From a virus, in IMG/VR virus record IMGVR_UViG_3300034374_007216, positions 18,799 to 82,798 of that record: a stretch of DNA of 64,000 bases, one strand, 5' to 3'. A program made the translations under genes and the position numbers. Shown here one piece after another: positions 20,057-31,462 of this stretch. The notes under the pieces were generated by a model. The model was not told the DNA's origin, made no database searches, and was given only the letters and a program-made list of their open reading frames with translations. Position 1 is the stretch's first letter. Every line of letters starts with the position of its first letter.

Positions 20057-21259
20057 ATGAGAAGAAACAAAAACAAACAATACAGAAAAGAGAAAAAGAA
20101 AGGAAACAAATTCAATTTGAGCAAAGCAAAACAATTAACACAAAAAGAAACGGAGATAACAACAATGAACAATTATAAAACAACAACGACGACAACATGG
20201 CAAACAAAAGCGGATTGCCACAGCGGTCAGCGTGTAGTATTCACTACACATGACGGCATAGAAATATTAGCAGGTGGTAAGAATCGTAGTGGTGGGTGGC
20301 ACAAGGCACACCCACTACCACAACTCGCCATAGGCCCAGATGAAACGATGGCTTCACCATCAATTCTCAAATCAAAAACAATCGTACCTCAAGGTTGGTC
20401 TTGCGAGCAACACTTGACGAACCCCGAACCACCAATCTTCGTGTACCTCGACTTTCCAGATTTCGGTGTACCCGCACTCAACAGATACTTTTGGTATGCT
20501 CTTGTTGATGACATCCGTGAACATGGTATCAAGTCTGTATCAACACAGTGTGCAGGTGGTCATGGTCGTACAGGTGTTCAACTTGCTATCCTTCGCTACC
20601 TCATGGCTACTGATGAAGAGCGTGCTACTTATACCGACGCAGGTGTATTGATTGATTGGGTGCGTGGCGTTCACTGTACCCATGCTGTTGAAACCAAAGG
20701 CCAACAAGAATACATCGCTATGGTCTGCGACATTCCTGTTGGTGAGAACAAGATACACAGTTACTACGGTGGCTACTCTTACGGTGGAGGTAAGTCCTCT
20801 TTCTATCAAGGGGCTGATACGGGAAAAGTAACGACGGCTACTACTACTTCTAAGCAAACAAGTTGGGATGATTGGGATGACATTGAATGGAAGAGTAGTA
20901 GTCGTGATAAGTATGATGATGATATTGTTGAGTGTGATGCTTGCAATTCTCTTTCATTCGATATGGTTTCAATGACTTGTTCTAATTGTGATTACGACAG
21001 CGAGTATGCTGAATCAAAACTTCAACATCAATGTGAACAGTGTTTCTCTAACCGACCCTATGGTGAATTCCTTGCGGGTGATTTCATCTGCATACAATGT
21101 CGTGCTGATAACATGGGTATTAAACACAATGAGCATGAGGCTGAATGTTCAACCTGTAACAAAATGATTGACAACAGATACCTTTCTCAAATAGATAGCA
21201 TTGATACATTCATTTGTCGCAAGTGCGATGCTGAACAATTGGAGAGTGAAGAACAATGA
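20057..21259 (+). CDS. CX5R (PTP/dual-specificity) phosphatase with C-terminal zinc fingers
   Basis: FPDFGVP acid loop, CAGGHGRTG, VETKGQ Q-loop; multiple CxxC. Confidence 0.8.
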   Translation: MRRNKNKQYRKEKKKGNKFNLSKAKQLTQKETEITTMNNYKTTTTTTWQTKADCHSGQRVVFTTHDGIEILAGGKNRSGGWHKAHPLPQLAIGPDETMASPSILKSKTIVPQGWSCEQHLTNPEPPIFVYLDFPDFGVPALNRYFWYALVDDIREHGIKSVSTQCAGGHGRTGVQLAILRYLMATDEERATYTDAGVLIDWVRGVHCTHAVETKGQQEYIAMVCDIPVGENKIHSYYGGYSYGGGKSSFYQGADTGKVTTATTTSKQTSWDDWDDIEWKSSSRDKYDDDIVECDACNSLSFDMVSMTCSNCDYDSEYAESKLQHQCEQCFSNRPYGEFLAGDFICIQCRADNMGIKHNEHEAECSTCNKMIDNRYLSQIDSIDTFICRKCDAEQLESEEQ

Positions 21260-21362
21260 TTGTAATTGAAATGGAAGATGATAATTTTATCGTAAGAGTA
21301 TATGATAGGGAAACAGGAAAAGATGTTGATTATAGAATTGATTATGTGGAAGGTGAAGAACA

Positions 21363-21818
21363 ATGATTGAAATAAAACATAACATGAGTGAGAAAGATTT
21401 TCAACAAGCGATTGATGAAGGTTTGATTCATCGAGGAACAAATGAAAAATACAATTGGCATCGTTATCACATCAAAGGTACACAAATCTTTTGGAATGAA
21501 TATCATTCTCGTAGGGATATTGAAACACTTGTCGAAGCAGGTCATGGTGGTATCGCTACCATTATGGCAGGTACACAATCTTCATGCAATTGGAAATCGA
21601 GAGAATATGCTTTACTTAAATATGAACACAGCAAGTTGAAACAGTTGGCTCTTGATACAGGTCTAATCAAACGCAACGGGAAACCCTGCACCGCATGTAA
21701 ATCAACCAACACTGAAACAGATGGACAACCACATTACATTGATGGTGGGTATGCTCACACTTGGTCGAGGTACTGTTTTGATTGTGAGCATAGCGAAGTC
21801 GGAGGTGCTACATTTTGA
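21363..21818 (+). CDS. Hypothetical zinc-ribbon protein
   Basis: CTAC...CFDC. Confidence 0.55.
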   Translation: MIEIKHNMSEKDFQQAIDEGLIHRGTNEKYNWHRYHIKGTQIFWNEYHSRRDIETLVEAGHGGIATIMAGTQSSCNWKSREYALLKYEHSKLKQLALDTGLIKRNGKPCTACKSTNTETDGQPHYIDGGYAHTWSRYCFDCEHSEVGGATF

Positions 21819-24424
21819 ACAATAACATCATACACAAAATGGTTCGGGTCTTCGTGGGGTACGGAGAGCCTATCGAGATTGACGACAGGGGTGCGAACAA
21901 ACCCGACTATCCTTTCTTCCACAAGTTAGCATCGCAACAAACAATTGACGACTACCAACTTGTCGAAGCGAGTGAGCGATTCCATAAGTATCGTAACACG
22001 CAACTACCTCAACTCCTTCGTGATGCGGGGTTGATTGAACAAGCCTCCGAAGTGAATCAGTTTCTTTTACTGATGAAAGAAAAGGGTGAGCGTGGTATGA
22101 TTGAACGGGAACGCATACTGCAAGAACAAAGCGAAGCCGATAAGCGTATGCGAAAGGCATCGGCTTTGATTAGCAACGCACTCCGCAAGGGTAAGTCTGC
22201 TTTACCTTTGGTGAATGAAGTGGGCGATGCTCTCAAGTGCGAGCATGATGATGCTCTTGCTTTCATCGAGCAGGGTGTTTCGGTATGGAAGCCACCCACT
22301 TCTCTTCAAGTTCACTTCTCGGAGGTTGATGATAAATGGACAAACCGATGGGGCAATACTTTCACGAATAAAAGAATTGCACTGCACTACGAATACAATC
22401 CATCACTCAATCAAGTCTTGAAGAATACACTCGGCTTCCCTGCCATCAAGTTCGATGGTGCAACTAAACTTTGGACAATACAAGATGATGTTGATGTTAT
22501 CAACAATGCTCTCAAAGTTCTCGCTGAGTTCCGTACTCCCGAAGGTTACATTCTCTTTGTTGATGAAGATTCGTTGAAGCGAATCAATGTATCAGCAACC
22601 AAACAGAAATCTATAGAACACTCGACTGAAACGAAGGCGACCCTTATCAATGGCGGTACAAGTATTGAGTTAGTTATTCCTTACATACAAGATAAGTTCG
22701 TGCGTGAATGTATGATGAGTGAGGTCAAGGCTACGCAGGGTAGGAAGTTCGACCCCGACAAGAAGGTATGGACTATCGCTATCGGTGAAGCCTCTCCGCT
22801 TATTGACCGCTTGCGTAAGTATGATGACGATGATGACGATGACGACATGACTCCGCTTCTCAAGTTAGCCGATGTGATTCAAGGCATACCCGAAGTGGCC
22901 GACTACATGGAGGAGAGAGCGAAGCGTATAGCCATCAGTGGTGCTTCATCACTTGATGACGAGATGATAGTCGCTAAATTACAGGAAGATTTGATGAGTG
23001 TCTTTCCCGAAGGGCGAAGCCTCTATCCGTTTCAGTATGTAGGGGTACAGTTCGCTCAACTGTCGGGAGGGCGATGCCTCATTGGAGATGACATGGGTAT
23101 CGGAAAGACGATACAAGCCATCGCACACATAGGACTCAACCAAGACAAACTACCTGCTCTCATCATTGTACCCGCATCGGTCAAGTACAATTGGCTCAAA
23201 GAATGTGGTGCGTGGCTACCAGATATGACGAGTATTGTTCTTGAAGGGCGTAGTGGTGTGATACCGAATGCCGACATCGTGATATGCAACTACGATATTG
23301 TTGTAGGTCGGCAACCTGCTCTCATGGACTACGGTTTCAACATTGTCGTATGCGATGAGTCGCATTACCTCAAGAACAGTAAAGCAAAGCGTACTCAAGC
23401 CACGCTTGAAATCGCTAAACAATCCGAGTCCGTTGTTTGTTTGTCGGGTACGGCAATCACCAACAGACCCAACGAGTTCTTCACGACGCTTAACTTGTTG
23501 CGACCCAATGAGTTCCCTTCATTCTTCGACTACGGTATTCGATACTGTGCAGGTGAACAAACACGCTTTGGTTGGGATTTCAACGGTGCATCGAACACCG
23601 ATGAGTTGCACAATCGAACAAGAGATTTCTGTATTCGCAGACTCAAGAAAGAAGTCTTGACTGAACTGCCCGACAAGATACGCACGATACATACAGTCGA
23701 GCCGAGCAGTAAGGAAATCAAACGATACAACGAACTTCATCGTGCATGGATGGAGGAATACAACTCACTTGAAACATTACCCGCAGGTTTCGTACTCAAC
23801 ATGCTTACTGCCTTGCGACATGAGTGTGGTCTTATCAAAGTACCATCGGCAGTACAATACATCAAGGAGTACCGTGAAATCACAGGCAAACAACTCGTTG
23901 TCTTTGCACATCACACTGATGTTCTTCGTGATACTGCGAACCTGCTTCGCCAAGACAAAGACCACAAGTGGAGGATTGGTGGTATCACAGGCGACATGCC
24001 AGCCGAGAAGCGACAACAGAATGTTGAGGCATTCCAAAACGGACAGTTAGATGTCATTCTATGTAGCACAGTGGCGGCGAAGGAGGGTATCACACTCACC
24101 AATGCTGACACGGTTCTCTTCATCGAAAGAGAATGGACACCTGCATGGGAAGAGCAAGCAGAAGATAGGGTGAATCGTATCGGTCAAGAATCACAGTCGG
24201 TACAGGCTGTATTCTTATCGGTGGCGAACACCATTGACGAGAAGTTCAACCATGTGGTTGAGAATAAACGAGCCGTCATACAAGCGGTACTTGACGGTGG
24301 CACACTCGATGAGCGTGAGGGCATTGCCTCCATGCTCATTAAGACAATGATTGAGGCAGGTGATTTACCTGCTGATTTCTTAAACAAAGGAAAGAAAAAG
24401 GAGAAACAATTGAAGAGTATTTAA
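21815..24424 (+). CDS. SNF2/SWI2 helicase, SMARCAL1/HARP-like
   Basis: DDMGIGKT, DESH, LSGT and QAEDRVNRIGQ; HARP-like KFDPDKKVWTI repeats. Confidence 0.9.
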   Translation: MNNNIIHKMVRVFVGYGEPIEIDDRGANKPDYPFFHKLASQQTIDDYQLVEASERFHKYRNTQLPQLLRDAGLIEQASEVNQFLLLMKEKGERGMIERERILQEQSEADKRMRKASALISNALRKGKSALPLVNEVGDALKCEHDDALAFIEQGVSVWKPPTSLQVHFSEVDDKWTNRWGNTFTNKRIALHYEYNPSLNQVLKNTLGFPAIKFDGATKLWTIQDDVDVINNALKVLAEFRTPEGYILFVDEDSLKRINVSATKQKSIEHSTETKATLINGGTSIELVIPYIQDKFVRECMMSEVKATQGRKFDPDKKVWTIAIGEASPLIDRLRKYDDDDDDDDMTPLLKLADVIQGIPEVADYMEERAKRIAISGASSLDDEMIVAKLQEDLMSVFPEGRSLYPFQYVGVQFAQLSGGRCLIGDDMGIGKTIQAIAHIGLNQDKLPALIIVPASVKYNWLKECGAWLPDMTSIVLEGRSGVIPNADIVICNYDIVVGRQPALMDYGFNIVVCDESHYLKNSKAKRTQATLEIAKQSESVVCLSGTAITNRPNEFFTTLNLLRPNEFPSFFDYGIRYCAGEQTRFGWDFNGASNTDELHNRTRDFCIRRLKKEVLTELPDKIRTIHTVEPSSKEIKRYNELHRAWMEEYNSLETLPAGFVLNMLTALRHECGLIKVPSAVQYIKEYREITGKQLVVFAHHTDVLRDTANLLRQDKDHKWRIGGITGDMPAEKRQQNVEAFQNGQLDVILCSTVAAKEGITLTNADTVLFIEREWTPAWEEQAEDRVNRIGQESQSVQAVFLSVANTIDEKFNHVVENKRAVIQAVLDGGTLDEREGIASMLIKTMIEAGDLPADFLNKGKKKEKQLKSI

Positions 24425-24437
24425 ACTAACAAAGAAA
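24416..24437 (+). promoter_or_regulatory. Conserved promoter motif copy 4 (overlaps helicase stop)
   Basis: AGTATTTAAACTAACAAAGAAA. Confidence 0.75.
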
Positions 24438-24444
24438 AAAGGAG

Positions 24445-25739
24445 ATGAAAATTATGACAATGATAACAGAAATATATAGAATAAAAGAAGAAGGAACGGT
24501 AGTAAGCCTATGTGAGTTTCTTAATGAAACCGAATGGCATGAGGCGTTTTGCAAAAGATACCCCGAATACCATGACAATGATGACTTCGATATTCACGCA
24601 CACATCAGTAGTGATATGTGTGAAATTGAAGCAATGCTTCAAGCAGACCATAGGATTTGGTCGGTTGAATGGATTGAAGAAGCGGATTACTTTTTGATTC
24701 GTGAATGGGAGAAGGTGGAATAAATGACATTGAAAGAAGAAAGACTATTGGCCTATCCTATTGAATGGGATGATGTAAAAAGGAACAACAAGTACCCTGC
24801 TGACGACAATAACGACGGTTTCCACTATGGTATTGAGTGGATGGATGACGACAGATACACTGTTGCAGACATTACATGGTACAAGACGGAAGAAGAGCGA
24901 TGGTCTATCCTCGCCCAACAATGCTTGAAGTGTGGTAGTTATGGACACATTACAGGACACCACGAAATGCCGAGAACTCACTCGCTTGACCAACTTGAAA
25001 GGTTTGGTTGGGATGGTATCAAAGAGTACATTGAATATGAGGAAAGCAAGGTGGAATAACTAACAAAGAAAAAGGAGATGAAAAATATGGATGAATATTG
25101 GTATGAATATAGAGGATTGAGAAAGACAGACAAGCCCTTCTTACAATTGAGAAGGCTCGCCACAAATGGTGTATTACACATACAGGGGTACGGAAATGAG
25201 GCGAACAGACCATACGGTTTTGCTGATAGATTTTCAGCACCCGATGTGGTTGTTGAAGCGGTTGCCAAGCATGAACAAGAGCGTGAGTTTTCACTCGCAA
25301 GTGACGAAAAGTTATACTTTAGAAATGTGTTGGAGATTGTTCGCTACGCTGACGGCCACCAACTTATCATCAAGATTGAACACGATGACAACAACGACGA
25401 CGGACAATTTGTTCTTGACATGGATTCAAGAGCAGATGGGTTGCTCAACTTCGCAGAAGAGAACGGACTTATCATTGATTGTAGCGATAAGCAACGATTC
25501 GTTTCAGTCGTTGGTGATGAAGAGTGAGCGTGATGGCTACCATTTCAATTAAAGAAAGAATGCTTGACTACATCTTAGATGTAACAGAAAGAGGTGCATC
25601 ATACTCGGCCAAACAAATTCATGAAAGAGTATTCATGAAGTACGAGCCACGACACATGCCGAGTGTAACCGCCATGCCTTCTTTCATCAAGAGAACAGGT
25701 GAGTTTAGACGAGAGTTTGAGATGTGGCGAAGATTATGA
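24445..25739 (+). other. Four short hypothetical ORFs (24445-24723, 24724-25059, 25078-25527, 25524-25739)
   Basis: Tandem plus-strand ORFs with GGAG/GGTGA RBS; partial promoter motif at about 25057. Confidence 0.6.
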
Positions 25740-26017
25740 GATGCTACAAGTGTAAAGAGAAAGCGTACCCGATGCATCCAGAATACAGGGTGTGTCGAGC
25801 ATGTTGGACAGGTATGAGGAAGAAGAAATGAAATGTCAAATAAATAATTGTGCTAATCAAACGAATATGAAAATAAACCGATTCAAAATAGGAGTAAGTA
25901 CCATGTACAAAATATGGGTATGTGAAGAATGTTATAAAAAAGGGGAATAAAAATGAAAGACGAATTAAAAATAAGAATTGAAACAGACGAATACATTTAC
26001 GAAGAGTGGGTGATTGA

Positions 26018-27901
26018 ATGATTGACACAGACAAATACAAAGGGCATACACCCGTTAGGAAGGAATGGCCTCGTTGGTGCGAGGATTGGCTATACAGCAT
26101 ATATAATCGAAACGCATTGGTTGAAATCATCCCAAATTGGAATCAAGATAACAACCTTGCTTGCGACGCACCACTTATCCTTCAAGCATACGAAGAGAAA
26201 TGCAAAGAAGTCAAGCGGTTGCGTGAACGACTCATCCGAGCATACGATTGGGTTGAGAAAGTAGTTCACGGTGATGACTCAGTGATGGCGGATTACACGG
26301 AATATGTATGCGGAGATGAAGAAGAATGATTGACACAGACAAATACAAGTTAGTTAATGGAACAAGTTATGACAAGAGAACTGATGATGAAGTCATTAGA
26401 ATCTTAGAACACTGTCGCATGAATAACATCAGGGTCATCTTAGATTATGGCGACACTAAAACAGGTAAGTCTTGGAATGATAGATACGGTATTACAGGTA
26501 GGGTCGGTAGGTCAAGCGGTCAAATAAAAATCCCTATCCTTCTTCACAACAAAAGAAGTAATTGGGGAGGGGCTATGCTTACTCATTGTATAATCGGCAT
26601 CAAAAGAAGTAAAGGTAAAGATACACTTTACAGATGGAAGGAGATGATTGAATGATTGACACAGACAAATATGGAGATATGACTATGAAAGATATAACTG
26701 CACCTATTGACGAAAAAACTGGTGAACCACAACAGATACCTGCAAGGTGGGAGGTTAAGTTGTGTTGGACAGAAGCGTATAGTATAATAGGCGGTGGTGA
26801 GGTGATTTGTAATCTAACAGGAAACAAAGACTCAGCAAACAGAAAGGAATGGGCTGAACTCATAGCAGACGCACCACTTCTCCTTGCCGAAGTCAAGCGA
26901 TTACAAGATGCACTCAAAGAGGCAGTTGAAGTTGTTAAGGAAATGGAGGGCATGGCATATGCTGGTGCTGATGCTGACAAGTTTGCTAACCATACGCTTG
27001 AGTTCATAGGGAATGTAAAGGAGTTGATTGAATGATTGACACAGACAAATACGAAGGACATACAGAAGGTAAATGGCATTGCGAAACAGGGTCATCCATA
27101 GAGGGAGAAGAACAGGGAAGTGTTGAACTCATTTCTTCTCATTCCAAAGAGTTCCATGAGCGATGGTTGTCCGATGCTTCCCTTCGCCATGATGAGCAAC
27201 AGGATGAAAACACAATGGGCGAAAGAACGCAACACCTCATTACCAACATAGCGCACATGTACCACCCCAATGATGAAGGGAGATATGGCATGTGGTATGA
27301 AGAGCATAACAGACTTGTGCCAGATGAGATTTGGCAAAAGGAACAACGAGCGAACATGCGACTGATAGAAGACGCACCACTCCTGCTCGCAGAAGTCAAG
27401 CGGTTGCGTGAAGCATTACAAAAGATGCTAAATGACTTTGAAACGAAGAAAACTGATATGTGGACTATGCGAAACCGTATAGAAACTATACTCAAAGGAG
27501 ATGATTGAATGATTGACACAGACAAATACGAAGGACATACACCTCCACCGTGGGAGTGCAACGACATAGAAGGGCGAGAGATATGGAAATGTCTTTTCAA
27601 TGGGGAGTGCTTCACTGACCCTTCAACCTACGGTACAGATGGCTATGAAGAAGTAGTGATTGCGACCATGAATCCGTTATCGGATGACGAGAACGAAGAA
27701 GAGTTCACGACAATGATGACCAACAAAATACTCATGGCAGACGCACCACTTTTCCTTGAGGAAGTCAAGCGGTTGCGTCGTGTTCTTGAGGACATTGAAT
27801 CCATGATACCCGACAACCACGAAGAGATAAGCCCTATCTTGAGCGACATCCTTAGCGAATGCCACAGGGTACTACCCATGTTTAACGAAGTGATTGAATG
27901 A
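26018..27901 (+). repeat. Tandem array of five MIDTDKY-starting ORFs
   Basis: ATGATTGACACAGACAAATA at 26018, 26326, 26652, 27032 and 27509; four share DAPL....EVKRL. Confidence 0.85.
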
Positions 27902-28417
27902 GCCTTGAAAATGTTTTAGAACACTGTGGATTTAAAACCGCATTTGATTTTCTTTATCATCATCTTTCTCAAGATGAGTTGTTAGATTTGCTCGAAGCAT
28001 ATGTCAATGCAGATACTTCGGGTGAACCTTACCAATGGATTAAAGAAATCGCAGAAGAGAGTTATGAGTATGTTGATTATCAACAATTAGCAGACGACAA
28101 AGACGATGCGAAGTACAGGGAATGGGAGGACAGAAGGAATGGTTAGAAGGTGTTCGTACTGCGATGAAGAGGGGCATACCCTAAAGGGTTGCAGGGAGTT
28201 GAAGGCGTACAACAAATTACAGGCTTCACTTCCCACACCAGATGTTGTACACATAGGTCATCCTTTGAAGTTAGGTCATGCACAACCATACCTTTGTGCA
28301 ACCAAGAAAGTAAGATGGCCGAACAAGTTATGGCATGACAACAAGTTCACTGATTCATTACCAATATGTGAAGAGTGTCTTGAAGTGTATAGTGCAACGA
28401 CGGGAAAACAATTGAAG

Positions 28418-28439
28418 AGTATTTAAACTAACTAAGAAA
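28418..28439 (+). promoter_or_regulatory. Conserved promoter motif copy 5
   Basis: AGTATTTAAACTAACTAAGAAA. Confidence 0.8.
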
Positions 28440-28446
28440 AAAGAAG

Positions 28447-28761
28447 GTGAAAATTATGAATAAAGAAGAAGCAATAGAAAAACTACGAGAAGAAATTAAA
28501 CCAAACGATATACTATACACGCAACTACATCATGTATCAAAGTCAGGTATGACGAGGCACATAGCAGTGCGTTTCCTCAAAGACAATTACCCTTACGATT
28601 ATACTTACCTTGTAGCAAAAGCACTTGACGGTAAAATCAGCGACAAATACCACGGCATCAAGCGAGAAGGATGTGGCATGGATATGGGCTTCGACCTCAT
28701 CTATAACTTATCCTATGTCCTCTATGGTGACGGCTACGCAATCAAACAAAGGTGGTTATGA
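28447..28761 (+). CDS. Conserved phage hypothetical protein
   Basis: VSKSGMTRHI...GCGMDMGF pattern recalled from phage proteins. Confidence 0.6.
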   Translation: MKIMNKEEAIEKLREEIKPNDILYTQLHHVSKSGMTRHIAVRFLKDNYPYDYTYLVAKALDGKISDKYHGIKREGCGMDMGFDLIYNLSYVLYGDGYAIKQRWL

Positions 28762-29058
28762 AGATGAACGGAAGAGAATTTAAAGAAGAGATGATAAATA
28801 AATTGAGAAGCGGTGAAGCATTCAGTTTAGTCACAAGATACGGAAACGAAGTTTGGGTTGAGGCTGAATTAAATAGCGATGAAAGTATTTCATCAGCACA
28901 ATTATGGTGTGGTACGAAAACGATTGCTATTGCACACAGTGATACAGTTACAGATGAGGCATGGGCATTAGCAGTAGCGAGAACTGCTCAAGAGTTTGAT
29001 GAAAGAGAGGAGGAATGAAGAATGAATAAAGAACAGTATGGAAAGATGAGGTGGTAGC

Positions 29059-29589
29059 ATGAAAAAATTTGAAGAGCAAATAAAAGAATTGATAGAAAGA
29101 ATACAGAAAGACATTGATGAAGGTAATTTAAACTTACCTACCAACATGGTAACATGTTTAACTTACTTGAAAAAACAAGAACAGAAATTAATGGTAAAAC
29201 AAAATGAACTAAAATTTACGCCTCAAGTGGGCATGGTGTGGTTTGAAGATTATGATTACACATCTTTAGTTGGGTTCATGATAAATGATTATTTATCCAC
29301 GGTGTATAATTTACCTGCGTCTTGGTTCTTCCTTTTACGCTACAATCTGCGTTTATCAAATGATGATGAAATTATATTTTCTTTAGTTGATGGGGAGATT
29401 GATGTAATGAATAACTTGCGAGTACCATACACATGTGCTTTCAATGAAGGGAAGATGTTAGGTTTGATTGATGAGAATGAAGAGATAAAATATCCTACGC
29501 CAGATGTTATTCTTGATGCGTTGTATTTGATAGAAGAATTAGAACTTTTATCGAACATAAACAGTAGCCATGCATTCACACTCGCATGA
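29059..29589 (+). CDS. Hypothetical protein
   Basis: 176-aa ORF with GAGGTGG RBS. Confidence 0.55.
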   Translation: MKKFEEQIKELIERIQKDIDEGNLNLPTNMVTCLTYLKKQEQKLMVKQNELKFTPQVGMVWFEDYDYTSLVGFMINDYLSTVYNLPASWFFLLRYNLRLSNDDEIIFSLVDGEIDVMNNLRVPYTCAFNEGKMLGLIDENEEIKYPTPDVILDALYLIEELELLSNINSSHAFTLA

Positions 29590-29833
29590 ATTTGATGATA
29601 GTCATTGGTGATAATATGAAAAGAAAATTTACAGTAGGACAAAACAAATGGCTCGTAGTCGAGCGAATTTACAAGGACTTCTATCAAATCATCGAGGCAC
29701 ACCGATGCCCCGAAGTACAGGTAGGCGACCTTATGCGTAAAGAAGGGAGGGGATGGACAGCGTACAAGTCATTAGACTCGGCTTTACCACGACACACATT
29801 CCCAACACAGATTGATTTTGGAGGCGAAGAAGA

Positions 29834-30007
29834 ATGACTGACACAGACAAATACGAATACATGGTGACTCACGACAAGTGTGGTGAATCCGATGGCCCGT
29901 TTGCAACATACGAAGAAGCGAAGGCTCACTACGAATACCTATGCTCCGAGGCTGACCCCGATAGCACCCAATACTATTTCATTGAGGAAGTGAAGAAGAA
30001 TGATTGA
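29834..30007 (+). CDS. Short MTDTDKY-family ORF (not in ORF track)
   Basis: 57 aa MTDTDKYEYMVTHDKCG...; same N-terminal DNA repeat as the array. Confidence 0.55.
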   Translation: MTDTDKYEYMVTHDKCGESDGPFATYEEAKAHYEYLCSEADPDSTQYYFIEEVKKND

Positions 30008-30487
30008 CACGCAAGAGCCAACCTTTGAGGTTGTATGGTTGTGTGAACCCGATGAAAAGAATTGGGATGGTATTTTAGGTGCAGGTATGTATGAACCACG
30101 ACCTAATTTCTATACAGAACATGATGCAATGTTGTATATCAAAAACGAGCAACTACGGAGTCGTGCTATTATCAATTACTACAAAGTAGTTGAAGGCGAA
30201 ATAGAGTTTGATAGATACAAAATAATAGAGGCGAAGAAGAATGAATTTATTTACAAATAAACAATTGAAATTGATACATTACTGTATCACATCGGAGTAT
30301 TTCAACGGTATGGATGACCCTTGGTATCTTTGGCTTCAACTTGGTTTTGGAGATAGGGAAGAATTCCCCGAAGGGAAAGAAAGAGATGAAAAAGATGAGC
30401 AAGCACTTAAAACGCTTAGTGAACTTGCCGATTCGATATTACTAATGATAGAATAACGATAAAATAAAATGTTGAGGTACGGGTATC

Positions 30488-31147
30488 ATGGTCGCACCTT
30501 TCGATGAGGCTTTCTCATACCTGCGACAAAATAATCCGACAGGACAATACATAGGTGGTAGCACAGGGGCGAGAAGATTCGACTTACCAATGGGGCAGTT
30601 CGTCGGTAAGCGTGGCGATAGCCCTGCTCACCTTCAAAACGAATTCGACATGAATCAATACTTGAATGCACTTGGCGTTGATGTACCACAGGCACAGGAA
30701 CAACTAATGGATGGGCGACCCATGATGCTTACTGAGTTTGAACAGGGTCAAGAATTAGGGCGAGCAAGCCCACAGGATATTCAACAATTAACGACGGACT
30801 TCGTGCCTCATGCCCTCATATCCAATTGGGATATGTTGGGGTTGGGGCGTGATAATGTCATACGCAGACCCGATGGTTCTCTTACCTATGTGGATGTAGG
30901 TGGGGCAGGTCCTTTCCGAGCACAAGGGGGGCATAAGGGTGCGTTTGGAACAAGCGTAGGGGAGTTAGATACCCTACGAGAAAAGAATCCCGAACTTGCA
31001 GGTATTACTGAACAAGACATCGGGCGGTCATTCGATGAGTACGGCGGTCAATCCGCTATGGAAGATGCGTTACAACATCTAAGAGATAGGCGTACTCAAG
31101 ACATTATGCGACAAAGAATACAGGATTTAACCCGCCGAGTCGCATAA
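30488..31147 (+). CDS. HipA/PI3K-like kinase-fold protein with MVAPFDEAFSYLR leader
   Basis: GGSTG loop, VGK, NE, NWD...DN, YVDVGG. Confidence 0.65.
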   Translation: MVAPFDEAFSYLRQNNPTGQYIGGSTGARRFDLPMGQFVGKRGDSPAHLQNEFDMNQYLNALGVDVPQAQEQLMDGRPMMLTEFEQGQELGRASPQDIQQLTTDFVPHALISNWDMLGLGRDNVIRRPDGSLTYVDVGGAGPFRAQGGHKGAFGTSVGELDTLREKNPELAGITEQDIGRSFDEYGGQSAMEDALQHLRDRRTQDIMRQRIQDLTRRVA

Positions 31148-31157
31148 TTCTTTAATC

Positions 31158-31179
31158 AGTATTTAAACTGACTAAGAAA
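31158..31179 (+). promoter_or_regulatory. Conserved promoter motif copy 6
   Basis: AGTATTTAAACTGACTAAGAAA. Confidence 0.75.
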
Positions 31180-31186
31180 GAAGGGG

Positions 31187-31462
31187 TTGAAAAACAAGGA
31201 GATGAAAAAAGTGGCATACATTTTGAGAACAGACGGAACAACGACAGACATTGGGTGGAATCCACCATACGAAAAGATACGAGATGGAGTAGGAGGGTGG
31301 ATTGAATATGTACCCACTGCTGATGGTAACTACATGTATTGTCATGAAGAAGGCAAACTATTGGGGCTACCCGTTAATGAGAAGGCGACATCTATGATTG
31401 ATTTCGATGACATCATTGTAGGTGATGTTGTGGTTATGGATGCAAAAGAAGAGGAGGAATGA
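31187..31462 (+). CDS. DUF3846-like protein
   Basis: VGGWIE...HEEGKLLGLPVNEKAT...IVGDVV. Confidence 0.75.
   Translation: MKNKEMKKVAYILRTDGTTTDIGWNPPYEKIRDGVGGWIEYVPTADGNYMYCHEEGKLLGLPVNEKATSMIDFDDIIVGDVVVMDAKEEEE

Noticed and set aside
22821-22847. Poly-Asp (gat/gac) tract in the SNF2 helicase
   Set aside because: Short in-frame low-complexity linker with mixed codons; no evidence of phase variation.
26011-27901. MIDTDKY repeats as a CRISPR array or DGR
   Set aside because: Spacing is 300-480 bp and coding; no reverse transcriptase, and no adenine-specific TR/VR pair was seen.
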